A stretch of DNA of 60,000 nucleotides from Callorhinchus milii (lineage: Eukaryota): positions 55,864,001 through 55,924,000 of the forward strand of contig NW_024704742.1 in assembly GCF_018977255.1 (NCBI RefSeq), read 5' to 3'. The first letter of the stretch is position 1. The number at the start of each line of letters is the position of its first letter. Of this stretch, positions 11,486 through 22,768 are shown in pieces. Both the position numbers and the translations under genes were made by a program. Below the pieces are notes generated by a model. The model had not been told where the DNA came from and did no database searches. It saw nothing but the letters and a program-made list of their open reading frames with translations.

Positions 11486-11619
11486 CTGACAAATGGTCAT
11501 CGACCTGAAATGCTAACTCACTTTTCTCTCTCCATAGATGCTGCCTAACCTGCTGAGTGTTCCCAGCGACTTCTGTTTCTATTTTAGATTTCCAGCGTCT
11601 GCAATATTTTGTCTTTTGC
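11486..11619 (+). mobile_element. Penelope-like element terminal fragment with degenerate minimal hammerhead ribozyme core
   Basis: CTGACAA-AT-GGTC-ATC-GACC-T-GAAA-TGCTAAC followed by CTCTCTCCATAGATGCTGCCTAACCTGCTGAG...GATTTCCAGCGTCTGCA. Confidence 0.6.
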
Positions 11620-12212
11620 ATGGCATTCTATTGCGTTTGGATGCTCTTAAGCTTGGTGAAGGGTTTTTGCACTCTTCAGATACCTGGCTGAACAAAAAAA
11701 ATTAAATGAATACTTTATTGTAAATTTAGTGAGTTCTAAGCACATTTGAAAATTATTGCCACTTGGATGTAGAATTTAGGAGGATTCTTCTGCTATTGCC
11801 TTTGTCTACTGGGAATTAAACTGAGATTGACTGTTACAGGTTTTGCTTTGAGGTCATCAACATCTTTCAAAAGCGGACATCTGGTCCAGTGTTAATCCTG
11901 GATTTGAACATGGTTACGATGAATATTCTAGCACGTCTGCCTCCAAGTTCTTAAAAAAGTTCAGATAAAATATGTTTTTACACAAAGTGTCATTTCTTTA
12001 GGATATATATTCAAGTCTATTTTAAATAGTTTGGGTCCAGAAAGCTGTTTTCACTTTAGTAGTTTGCAAGCATTGCTGATGTTATCCCGAAAAAAGAAAT
12101 ATTGCTATAAAAATGAACTGGGTATCTGATTCATTAACAAATTGTGTGTCTCTGTGGTTTCTATGTCAACCTTTCTGCTGTGTTTTTATTTCTTTTCTGT
12201 TTGTTTTAAAAG

Positions 12213-12424
12213 GGAAGTACATTGAGCGTGAAATTCCACTCTTGTGATATCATGAACGGCGTCTGTGGATTGTGGTCAGCATTCTCCATTCATAATGTGA
12301 CCGGAGTTGAACTGTATGACGTCACAGCAGCAGGAGCGCCACACAAAGGCTCTGCTCTCAGACCGTCTCCAGCCAGCAAATCTGCAATGCATACAGGGCA
12401 ACAAGAGGTGATTGGGACACATCA
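12213..12424 (+). other. Candidate exon (probably non-coding or UTR)
   Basis: Long pyrimidine tract ending TTTTAAAAG at 12212; donor CA|GTAAGT at 12425 (alternative ATG|GTAAGT at 12467). One frame is open but the peptide is not recognised. Confidence 0.35.
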
Positions 12425-13539
12425 GTAAGTGTGAAGATATTTCCCTGTATAATATTTAATATTATGGTAAGTCAATAGACTACACATCCTATTTCATATG
12501 AAAACACACCAAACTTCTCTTTTCATATTATTGCATATTTCCTGCAGTCATATCCAGAGTTTGATATATATGCGGTATTCACCATGTACTTTGATCTATC
12601 AAATTGAAGGTTAAAGCCATTCACTGGAGCCTTAAATTCTTCTAGGTCTCAGTCTGTAAGACCATGTTGTCTACAGATTTAACAATATGCGGAATTGTGG
12701 AATCTTCTTATACTTAATCTTAATTTGGAAGGTTTTACACATTTCTTTAAAAAAAATCTTCCAGATCAAGAATGAGTTTCAAAATGTTTCCACAACTCTG
12801 CATTATCTTAAATTTTTAGACAAAGTGGTTTGCAGCCTTATTGGTAGAATTTATGGGTTAGAGTATGATGGGGTAATTTATTTAGATTTATTTTAATTGT
12901 TCTTTTTATTTTGACTGGTCTGTTAAGATCTTTTCCGATCCCGCACATTCCTTTCGTCCTGTGTAATTCTGCTCATTTCAAAATTATATGTTTCTTTTTA
13001 TATTGTTGCCAACATTTATCTGTCAGTGGAGCTTTTTCAGTATAAATCTTTACAACATTAATGTTCCCTACTATGTCTTGTGGTTCCTCTGTACACTAAT
13101 GCTTCATCTTAATCCTTTCTGGCAATTTAAGTCACAAATCTAATCGACAAAGAAAATTAGGAAAAGGCATAGGTGGCAAAAGGCCAACAGAATAATTAGA
13201 AATAAATTCAAAATCAGTTAGTTATCATTGTACTTTATCCCTCTCCTAGAACCTTGTTGGATACCTAGGATATTGGATGTGTCTCTGCTTCTCGCTGCTC
13301 TTCACATTCTGACATATTCCTGGTTGCTTTACATGTTGGAGTGACTGATTTCCCCCTCCCTCACAAACAATAGGTTTAAGCGCTCTGAGATGCTGCCTGC
13401 ATGAAGGGCGCTATATAAATGCAAGTCGTTGTTGTTATTGTTGTTTGTGTTATTCTAGTTGACAATCACTGCTTGGCTTCTTCTGAAAATTATTACAAAT
13501 GTGTCAGTGAATCATTATCTGTCCTTCAAATTGCTCTCG

Positions 13540-13760
13540 GGAACCTTTTCTCCTTTATGTACTCTTGCCTCACACCCTGCCTCCCCATCTCTAAAGTCTG
13601 CCTTAAGACCTTTCTCTTCAACCCACTTTTGGTCACCTATCCCCACCCCAACCTCTTCAGCTCCCCTCAGTCCTAGCCAGGTCTCCAAGTCAGATGTGTT
13701 AAGCACTTTTAGACATCTTTCCAATGTAGACGGCACTATAACCTGCTGCAGTTCTTGTGG
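13540..13760 (+). mobile_element. Degraded L2 3' end (separate tail fragment at 13378-13445)
   Basis: KVCLKTFLF C-terminal motif, pyrimidine-rich 3'UTR and stem-loop tail. Confidence 0.65.
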
Positions 13761-14186
13761 CAATGTGCCCTCATGATGTTCAGTAGAGAAGTCCAGGATT
13801 TTTCACACAGTGTTAAGGAAGGAATAACTGGGAGGAGAATTTGGAGCTGATGGCATTTTTCAAGCTGGGCATCAGGAATGCTGGAAATTCATGGAATTTT
13901 GTTCACATTTGTTTGAAAATTTGTTTTACAGGCTGTACTCCCATTTGTAACAGGAAAACAAATGTTGGGCTCCAACTGGGTATCTTGAATGAATGCTACA
14001 GTTGGACATTTGTTTTTTTAGAAATGTTTTCCCTAAATTTCACCCTTTCCCTATGTGTCAAAGGAGTTGTGTCTTACACGGGCAGAATTTCACAGGTGCA
14101 AGCAGACCTTTAGTTCTGATTTGTATGAAATCATAGAAATCCCACTGTTAGCTTCATGTTTTTAATCTTTTCTGTTTCCATTTTAG

Positions 14187-14382
14187 ACGAACCAAAAGCA
14201 GCCTTTGATCATAAGGACTAACAGCTCAAAATGGCATCTCTTGAGCTTCCATCTGAAACATCTCAGAACTGTGGAACTCAGCGGGAAGACATGAAAAAAT
14301 AAAGCATTAGGTTGAGATTTGTTTTAATGAGCTAAACAGTACAAAACATGATGCTGGCATGGAAGATTCCTTGCCCATTAAG
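14187..14382 (+). other. Candidate non-coding exon
   Basis: Acceptor CTTTTCTGTTTCCATTTTAG| and donor AAG|GTGAGT; stops in all three frames. Confidence 0.35.
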
Positions 14383-15084
14383 GTGAGTCTTAATAGAAAA
14401 GTGTTGGAATAAAATCTATAACTCTGTCAAGGGCCCTTCAGTAATTGGTATATATTAAACAGAACTCAGATTTTGAAAGATAGTGCTCTGGAACATATAT
14501 AGGAATAAGTACTTAACATGTAATTACTCACCCTGACACTGAAATTCTTCTTCAATGATTTTAACCAGTCAGGTCTGTTGGAACTTCACTCTGAGAAAAC
14601 TCAGAGAATGCGAAAGATTAATACAAACAGGTTTGGGAACTGCTCCAACAGTTTAAGGGAACTGATCTGTTTCACCTCCAACATCAAGAGATTATTCTCT
14701 GGATGAACAATGCATCAATTTAGTTTCCACTTCATATCCACATCTTTCTAAAAGTTTGCATCACCTAGGGAATATTTTTGCTTGGCACTAGTAAATGAAA
14801 ATGAATATAATTATGCAATTATGTATGCAACGCACAATTCAATGTTTAGACTCACATTCATTCTTGCGAACAGTAATTCTGGCTGACAGGATGTATTCAG
14901 GAAAAAAGGCTTTAAACATTTTGATCAAATAAGATGAAAACCAGGGTATCCTGGTTAAAGGAGTACTGTTTGCTATCCAAACCTCTAATGTAAACAAACC
15001 ACCCATTTGACTGTAAGCACAATCAAACAGGAAGGTCTTTAGGTGGGTTTTGAAGGTGGGAACAGAGGGGGCAAGGCAGAGGGA

Positions 15085-15297
15085 TTAATAATCCCTCCAA
15101 AACCAAAAACAATAATAAATTGGTCATTTTCAATCTACGACTGTTTATGGGACATTGCTGTGCGCAATTGGCTGCCGCGTTCGCCCACAAATATACAGTC
15201 AATTCACTTTACAGTGTGTTCTGTGAAGCGCTTTGGGACATCCTCCCGACGTGAAAAGCGCTATATCAAATGCTAGGATTATTATTATTATTATCAT
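15085..15297 (+). mobile_element. 5'-truncated tRNA-derived SINE
   Basis: Body and (ATT)n tail close to consensus. Confidence 0.88.
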
Positions 15298-16127
15298 AAG
15301 GGAAAGAGTTCCAGAATTTTGGAACTCCTATAAACATGAAGCAAAAATCCTTCCGCTCTACTTGATACTGGGGTCACAAGTTTATTTTGTGAAAATGATT
15401 TTTGTGGAGTAGTCACTTATGTTCTCTCAATGATTAGCAAAATGATGCGAGGTGGTTTGGCAGCACTGAGAAAACCGTGCTTGCATTTTTCATCAATAAA
15501 TTATTGTCTAGAGACAAATTAAGCAGCATGAAAATCAATGTAGTGTAGTGAAAATGTCATGACAACCTCATTGGAGTCGTACAATTAGTAACATTATAGT
15601 TTATAATGCATCATAGCTAACAGATTCACAGAATATTATACATAGTGACTATGGTATCTTATTCACAGTGGCTATTGTAGACCTTTTTGTCCACTGTATT
15701 TAAATTTCTAACTCTCACAGTTTTATGAAATCAGAATGTGATAGCAGATCTAATAAACTCTAACCAGAATGCAGCAATAAAGAAATGTTCCAATAAACTC
15801 TAACTTCTCAAAAAAATAACTCCACACACAAGCAGATATCTCTCTGGGACTGAAAGTAGTTGGTATCAATTGAAACCCAATCCATCAAAGCGAGGTGCAA
15901 GTCAGCTTGTGTAATATCAAATAGAAAATCTTCTGCTTGAAGTATTGGGGTGGTTGCATTTGATTCAATCTCCGTTATTGTGAGTTATCAATGTATTTGT
16001 AAACACAGCTTCTCTCACAATGACTGCTTCATCTGTTACAGCAGAGAAATCTTTAATGTACATTTGGACTCAAAGTTAATGGGCTCATGCAGCTCCTGCA
16101 CTGCTTGTAGAGCAGTTACAGATCAAT

Positions 16128-16240
16128 CAGGTGTCAGACACATGTAGAAGCCTCTCATTATACTTAAGTGTATCCAGACCAGACAGTGAATTCCACATAT
16201 ATGTGCCATGTACACATGGATATTTTCCCTGTGTCTGAGA
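16128..16240 (+). repeat. Family X left-end fragment (divergent)
   Basis: GTGTCAGACACATGTAGAAG...GTATCCAGACCAGAC...ACACATGGA resembles 46370-46460. Confidence 0.55.
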
Positions 16241-16279
16241 GACTGCTGTGCTTATCAACATATACATACATACAGATGT

Positions 16280-16645
16280 GGAGTCCTGTAGCTTAGTGGT
16301 TAATGCACTCATCTCGCAGGCGAGAGGACCTGGGTTTGATTCCTGGCAGTGCGAAACGTTGGGCATATTTCCTTCCTCCAGTGCCTATGTTTACCAGCAG
16401 TAAGTTGGAACCCATTTGTTAGTCGATTGCAGATCGCTTTTCTGGGGGTATAACCTCTTTTTAAAAAAATATGGGGTCACTTAATCCACGACTGTTTGTG
16501 GGACACTGCTGTGCACAATTGGCTACTTCATTTTTCCCACAAAACATAGTCAATTCCCTTTACAGTATATTATATGAAGCGCTTTGAGACTTGAGTGAGA
16601 TAAGTGATAAGGTGCAATATCAAATGTAAGGATTATTATTATTAT
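16280..16645 (+). mobile_element. Full-length tRNA-derived SINE (long subtype)
   Basis: GGAGTCCTGTAGCTTAGTGGTTA head, internal segment and (ATT)n tail. Confidence 0.88.
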
Positions 16646-18416
16646 AAACACAACTTCTCTTACAATTCCTGTTTAATTTGTTACAGCAGTGAATATTTTC
16701 ATGTCCTTTTGGATTTAATTTAATTGGTTCATTTACCTCCTACAGGGCATGTTGGATACAGAGTAGCTACCTGCAACTTACATAAAGCAGAAGACAGACC
16801 ACTAATAGAAAGATTGTGTTCTTGACTGGAAATGCACCACAGGTTGACACTGCGATCTATGTTAATTTAGCTCACTCCGCATGTTATGAAGGAAGAATCA
16901 TCCAGTTGTTTTCATTTCCCATTCATAATTGAGATGTAGCTCTTACCACCACTTTCTCTGCTGTAAAAACTTATCTTTTTTCTTTTAAATGGCTATTTTT
17001 TGATACACTAATATGGAAAAAGGAGTTTAATATGCAGCATTTCTAACGAGGGCAGGAGATATAGCCAGCTAGCATGGCTTCTGAAGGTAGCAGTGTATGC
17101 CCAGATTCAAATTATATGTGAGTTATGGGGAAAGAGTGATGACTCTGTGCTGCAGTTTTGTGAAGCAACTCCCCTTGCGTGGTTGCTAGGAGTCGTGTCT
17201 TGGAGCATTTAGCAATGGCGAATCTTGACATTGAAGTGGGGAGAAAGGGGAGGTGCGATCTGCAGATGAGAAAAGGGAGCAAGACAGAGGGATTGAAGCA
17301 GAGAGTTTCAGATTTTCTGACAAGTAGTCAACCAAGTGGCCCCTTGCCCCTCAAACTGCAAATTGCTGCATAACTTCCCACATGCTGGAAGTTTTGGGGC
17401 AAGATGAGATATTTGGGAGCAACCGAATCAACGTAAAACAAAAATAAAATTAACAACAATTTCTTTCAACATTTGGCTACTAGAATTTCAAGTCCCATGT
17501 TGGTACATTTCTCCATTGAAAACATTCCAGATAATGTGATTCCTGCTTTATTTTTGCATAATCCAGGCACACAAATGAAACATGTTCTCATGTGTTTGAT
17601 TCAGTGGATGTGAATGCGCTCTCTTTTTTATTGCTTCCTTTCTTTAATATGGAAATCAAACAATTGATAGTATGGGTTCAATCCTTACAGTGGAATGTTA
17701 TTACAAGATATAGATCAAGGCCCAAGAAAAACATACTCAAGCTCTGTCTGCATTTTTGAGTCTCCTCATGCTTGAATATTGTTATCAATGCAGAAATCCT
17801 CTGGTTCTGATTGTGTTTTTATCTGCTCGCATAAATTCTACACTGCTCTGCAGACAATCCTTTTCCTGTCCAGGTGTTAATGGATCAATGAACTTCTTGC
17901 CTCTTGACTTGCTGCAAAGCTACTTTTTGGTTGATGTATCGACATACTCGATAGGGATGGCCGCAGACTCGGTAAACAGATATTTCCCAGAACACAATGG
18001 TTTCTGAACTGTGAGGTCCAGGGAAGTGTTGTTTAGGTAGGGAAGCAATGGAGAACTGAAGCAGGAAGATACAACAATTAGTGAATATTAGAGGGATTTT
18101 TCTTGATTGTCTTCAGGAAACAGAGAATGTATTTGCAGATAGAGTGGGTGGAATGGAATCCATGGCAAGGTGGGTTTTATGTGATCCATAGAAACAGCCG
18201 GCTTGGTGGGTCTATATGGAGTTACTTCTAATTCCATACTTTCTTATTTTCTCATGGGGTCCAATTTTGTTATTTCTTAAGGATTCTCTTTAAGATTCCT
18301 AACAACATGAGGAACCTCGACTTCAGAACTAGATATGAGAGGAGTACTTGCGGAATAGTATGTATTCTGGTTGTCAAAAAATTCTCAATTTACACAATTC
18401 TGGTTTCTCATTCAGA

Positions 18417-18745
18417 AGCAAGCGAGAGGACCCGTGTTGGATTCCTGGATGGGGCGAAACGTTGGGCAAGTTTCCTTATTCCACATGCCTCTGTTTTCCA
18501 AGCAGTAAGTAGAAACTTGTTTGTTAGTCGATTGGCAAATCGCTTTACAAGGGCCTAATAATCTCCTAATCTAAAAAAAAATATTTTGATCACTCAATCT
18601 AAGACAGTTTGTGGGCCACTGTTGTGTGCAATTGGCTGCCGTGTTTCACCCAACAAAATATACAGTCAATTCAATTTACAGTACATTCTGTGAAGTGCTT
18701 TGATACGTCCAGAAGACGTGATAAGACACTACATCAAAATGCAAA
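18417..18745 (+). mobile_element. tRNA-derived SINE (long subtype), head partly lost
   Basis: GCAAGCGAGAGGACCCG...TTGGGCAAGTTTCCTT...GCCTCTGTTTTCCAAGCAGTAAGTAG...tail. Confidence 0.85.
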
Positions 18746-18837
18746 GAATTGCAAAGTTTATTAAGGAATCCTGTTCAGAACAAACACAAATTAAAAACCT
18801 ATATATTATATAGTAGTAGTCCTTATATCTGATATAG

Positions 18838-19085
18838 AGTAATAATAAGGCAAGAATGTCTGAAAGCACTTCATAACATGTGAAGTAGTGACTGTATTTT
18901 GTAGGCGAATCCGGCAGCCAATTTGTGTACACCAATGCACCAAAAACAGTGAATGACCACTTTTATCGGGAAGATTGTTGGCAAGACCGCCAGGAGAAAC
19001 TCCCTTCTGTTTTGAAATTGAATTATTATGCCTTTAATGTGCACTTGAACAGGCAAACTAGATCTTGGTTTGACATTTCAGTGAC
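18838..19085 (-). mobile_element. Degraded Deu-domain SINE
   Basis: ATTGTTGGCAAGACCGCCAGGAGAAACTCCC...TGAACAGGCAAAC pattern. Confidence 0.65.
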
Positions 19086-20229
19086 AGATATATTACAATA
19101 GGAATCAATAACTATTTGAGTCCTGTGACAATATTGTATTTTTATTAGGCTTCAGTGTTTCATGCACAACCCCTCTTGAAAAACAGTTTTTTTATATAAA
19201 AATATTTTGCAGTAAGAACAACAGTTGGATTTATATAGGGCCCTCCACGCCGGACGGTGTCTCAGACCACTTCACAGTAATGGATCCCAGGGCCGAGCCA
19301 GGGGGAGGGCGAGGAAGGTGATCAAAGGCGCGGTCGAAAAGAAACTTTGGGATCAGGATGATCACACCAGGCATAATAATTGTTTAATGTCCGCAGCAAA
19401 TAGTACATCTCATCAGTGCTGACATTAAAATTACTAAGTGAGCCAAACCAGAGAGAGCACAACTAGGACTGCAGCTCTGCAATATTTATTGCCTTTCTGT
19501 ACAAGATCCAGATCACAACGAGATTCTGCTGCCCATTTTACCAGCGGCATTGTCTAAATCTCCATTAAATATAGTCTGTTGCAAATAGTTTGTGTGGCCA
19601 GACCTATTTATCGTTCCCACTCTCTGCTGGTGCTAAGTGTATATTGCACAAATGATGAGCTGATGCAGTTATCTTTGACGTTATACATTGCAGATAATTG
19701 TTCAGAAATGCATTCATTTTTTTTCCCGTTTATTCATTAATCTTGGACATGTAAAGACGCCGTTCACTTTCAATTCATGTCATGGTGCTTTGCACTTAAC
19801 ATATTCATCCACAAATCAAATGTCCTAAGAGTTTACCATGACTGAATACAATTGCATTTATGCAAAAGAATCTTTCATTTAGTCAAAAGTTGGACTTTAA
19901 AATAAAAATAAATAAATTGTACAGTTGCAGAAAAATGAATACCAACCATTTGAGGTCTTCCTTAGTTCACTCCTGTGCCTCTGGGGAAAGTCCACAGTGC
20001 AAAAGTTTGGAAATGTTTTATTTTCTCTGACGTTATTTTGTGATTTAATGTAAATAGGCTGTGTTTTTAGTATAAACATTTGTGCTTTTGGCTCAACATT
20101 GTCCAAAGTTAAATTGTTCAGACTTTCTTTTTCCTCATCTTAAATAAATGGTACCTTGCAATAAGTTATTGTTTGCTTCAGGAAATATTACATAGAACCA
20201 AAATATCAATTCAAACTCACTGCATTTAA

Positions 20230-20545
20230 AAAATGAATTTCTAGCATTTTTATAGCACCTGCAACACCAAAATCCCGCAAGGTACTTCAAAATAAATTAG
20301 TATCAAGTGTAGTTATTATCTTTTTAGATAAACACAGCAGCCATTTTTTATATCAAAACTATGAGGTGAAAAGCAAATTTATCTGGATTATTGTAGAATA
20401 TGAGAAGAAACTTCTCATTTTATTTTCAAAGAGTCCCACTCAATCTGTGAGAACCACCTGAAGAATAGACAGATGGAATTCAGTTTGACACCTCCTCAGA
20501 GGAATGGCAGCTCTGACAATACAGTATGCTGAGTGTCAGCCTAGA
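20230..20545 (-). mobile_element. Highly degraded Deu-domain SINE
   Basis: CCACCTGAAGAATAGACAGATGG...GGAATGGCAGCTCTGACAATACAG...GTGTCAGCCTAG. Confidence 0.5.
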
Positions 20546-20559
20546 ATTTTTTTTGCTTA

Positions 20560-20890
20560 TCTGGGCGCCTGACACCACAGAAACTCATCCCCATGCTTGA
20601 GAGTATCCAAACCAAGCTGAGATTTCCATGCCTCCCACTTACACATGGAAATTCCAGAGATAGATTGTTGGAATGGAATGAATGCACACTTTCTCCCTGG
20701 AGGGATCTGTCCTGCTTACCTATTTCTGGAAAGTATTAGGTGCAGTTTGGCAAAAGTCAAGACTTGGGGACCCCAGAGTGTTCATTGAGGTACTGCTGGA
20801 GTCTAACCAGCTAAAGCCATATAGCTTGTCATTGATAATGTTGTCTGGCAAACTTTCCCGCTGTATGTTCAACTAGGACCACCTTACCCA
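20560..20890 (+). repeat. Family X copy, followed by a SINE tail with long (ATT)n (20891-20976)
   Basis: Colinear with the reverse complement of 2118-2440. Confidence 0.85.
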
Positions 20891-21297
20891 CCTCCCAACG
20901 TGAAAAGCGCTATATCAAATGCAAGGATTATTATTATTATTATTATTATTATTATCATTATTATTATTATTATTATAATGAGAAGAGAGTCAATGCGAGG
21001 GAAAGATGTGAGGGTGGCATAGTTTAATTGGATGTGAGTAATTCAATCTAGCCTAGTAAGAGGACAAGTTCATTGGACTGTACCTGGAGCATAAGTAGTT
21101 GAAAAATGTACGTATGAATGAGCCAGCTGAAGAAAAATGTGACTTTGTTTCAGAAGCTGTCTTAATTACCGATGAACCATTCTGCTGCATACACCCAATG
21201 TATCTTATTCATTCTTGTGGACGAAACAATTTTGCTCCATTGGGGCAGCTTACATCAACACAGACATGACAGGCTGAATGGCCTAAGTTGGTTACAA

Positions 21298-22027
21298 TAC
21301 ACTACAAAATTATATTTATGTAGCGTCTTTCATATCGAGAGGATGTCCCAAGGCGCTGGACAATCAGGGAATTGGACCCGAGCTGGGGGTTGGGATCGGG
21401 GAGGGTGGAGGGCAGGGAGGGTAGGAGGTAGCCGAAGATTTGGTTGAAGAGGAGGGTTTTGAGACACGCCTTGAAGGAGGCAAGGGAGCGGGCGAGGCAA
21501 AGGGAATGTGGGATGGAGTTCCAAAAAGTGGGGCAGAAAGGCTGCAGGCCCGACCGTCATTGGTGGCGTGGGCTGGGCAGGGGATATGGACTAGGCCACA
21601 ACCTGCTAAGTGGAGTGAGTGGACAGGTTGATATGGGGTCAGCAGGTCGCAGAGGTAGGAAGGGGCAAGGCCATGGAGGGCTTTGAAGGCGAGGGCAATG
21701 ATTCTCAACTCTATCTTCTGGGGGATGGGGAGCCAGTGGAGCCGGGCTAGGGTGGGGGTGATGGGGTCACGGAGCCTGGTGTGGGAGAGGTCATGAGCTG
21801 CAAAGTTCTGGATGATCTGCAGCTTGTGGAGGAAAGATTTGGGAAGGCCGACAAGCAGAGAATTGGCGCAGTCAAGTTTAGCTGTGATGAATTCGTGGAG
21901 GAGGGTTTTGGCGGCCTGAGGGGTGAGGCGGTGGCGGAGTTGGGCGATATTGCAGAGGTGGGGAAGGCAGAGCAGGTCATGGCGCAAATGTGGTGTAGAA
22001 AGGCCAAGGTTCCGGACTGGCTAGTTA
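21298..22027 (-). mobile_element. 5'-truncated L2 LINE
   Basis: 207-aa minus ORF: LDCANSLLVGLP...LQIIQN...LHWLPIPQKIELRI...FKALHGLAPSYL. Confidence 0.92.
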
Positions 22028-22049
22028 GTGCTTAGGCCCCAAGGATTGT

Positions 22050-22359
22050 GGAGTTCTGTAGCTCAGTGGTTAGAGTACTCGCCTCACAAGCGAGAGACCT
22101 GGGTTTCGATTCCCAGGCAGGGCGAAACCTTGGACAAGTTTGCTCACTCCACACGCCTGATAATAATCCCTCAAGAACAAAAAATTTGATCACTGAATCC
22201 ACGACTGTTTGTGGGACACTGCTGTGCCCAATTGGCTGCCATGTTTCGCCCCCAAAATATACAGTCAATTCACTTTACAGTATATTCTGTGAAGTGTTTT
22301 GAGACGTATAGAAGACGTGAAAAGCGCTATATCAAATTCAAGGATTATTATTATTATTA
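22050..22359 (+). mobile_element. Full-length tRNA-derived SINE (short subtype)
   Basis: GGAGTTCTGTAGCTCAGTGGTTAGAG head through (ATT)n tail, followed by an ATTCTATG repeat typical of CR1 ends. Confidence 0.92.
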
Positions 22360-22768
22360 GGCATTCTATGATTCTATGATTTGGTGCATTTAGAAATCCC
22401 CCCTCCCTTGTGCTTATGTACCATTTTAAAGAAAAAAAATTACATTTGCAAAATCCTCTTATTTACTTTTTCAAATTTACTTTAGATTAATTTACTAGCA
22501 CATACTGACAAATTCAATAAACAATGAAAGGAATAAAGTAGTGCTTCGCCACATCGAAAAGTATGTTAGATGATGCACATGGAGAGTAAATCCATAATTG
22601 TTTATGTTGCACTACTATTAAAAGAAAATTTCAATGAAATGATAGTTATTTAAATGGAAAAATAAGTTTCAAAATGATAATTGCTATCTTATTATCAGGC
22701 ACAAAACAGTAAAAATTTGTTAACAATTCATTATAAACCAATTGACATTCCATAACTTTCTTTCCTTG

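Noticed and set aside
11277..11621. 114-aa minus-strand ORF MQKTKYCRRWKSK...
   Set aside because: Antisense read-through of three adjacent repeats (Penelope-type end, family X piece, SINE tail).
20925..20976. (ATT)n and (CAA/TTG)n arrays as possible CRISPR or satellite
   Set aside because: They are simple-repeat retroposon tails with no repeat-spacer structure, in a eukaryotic context.
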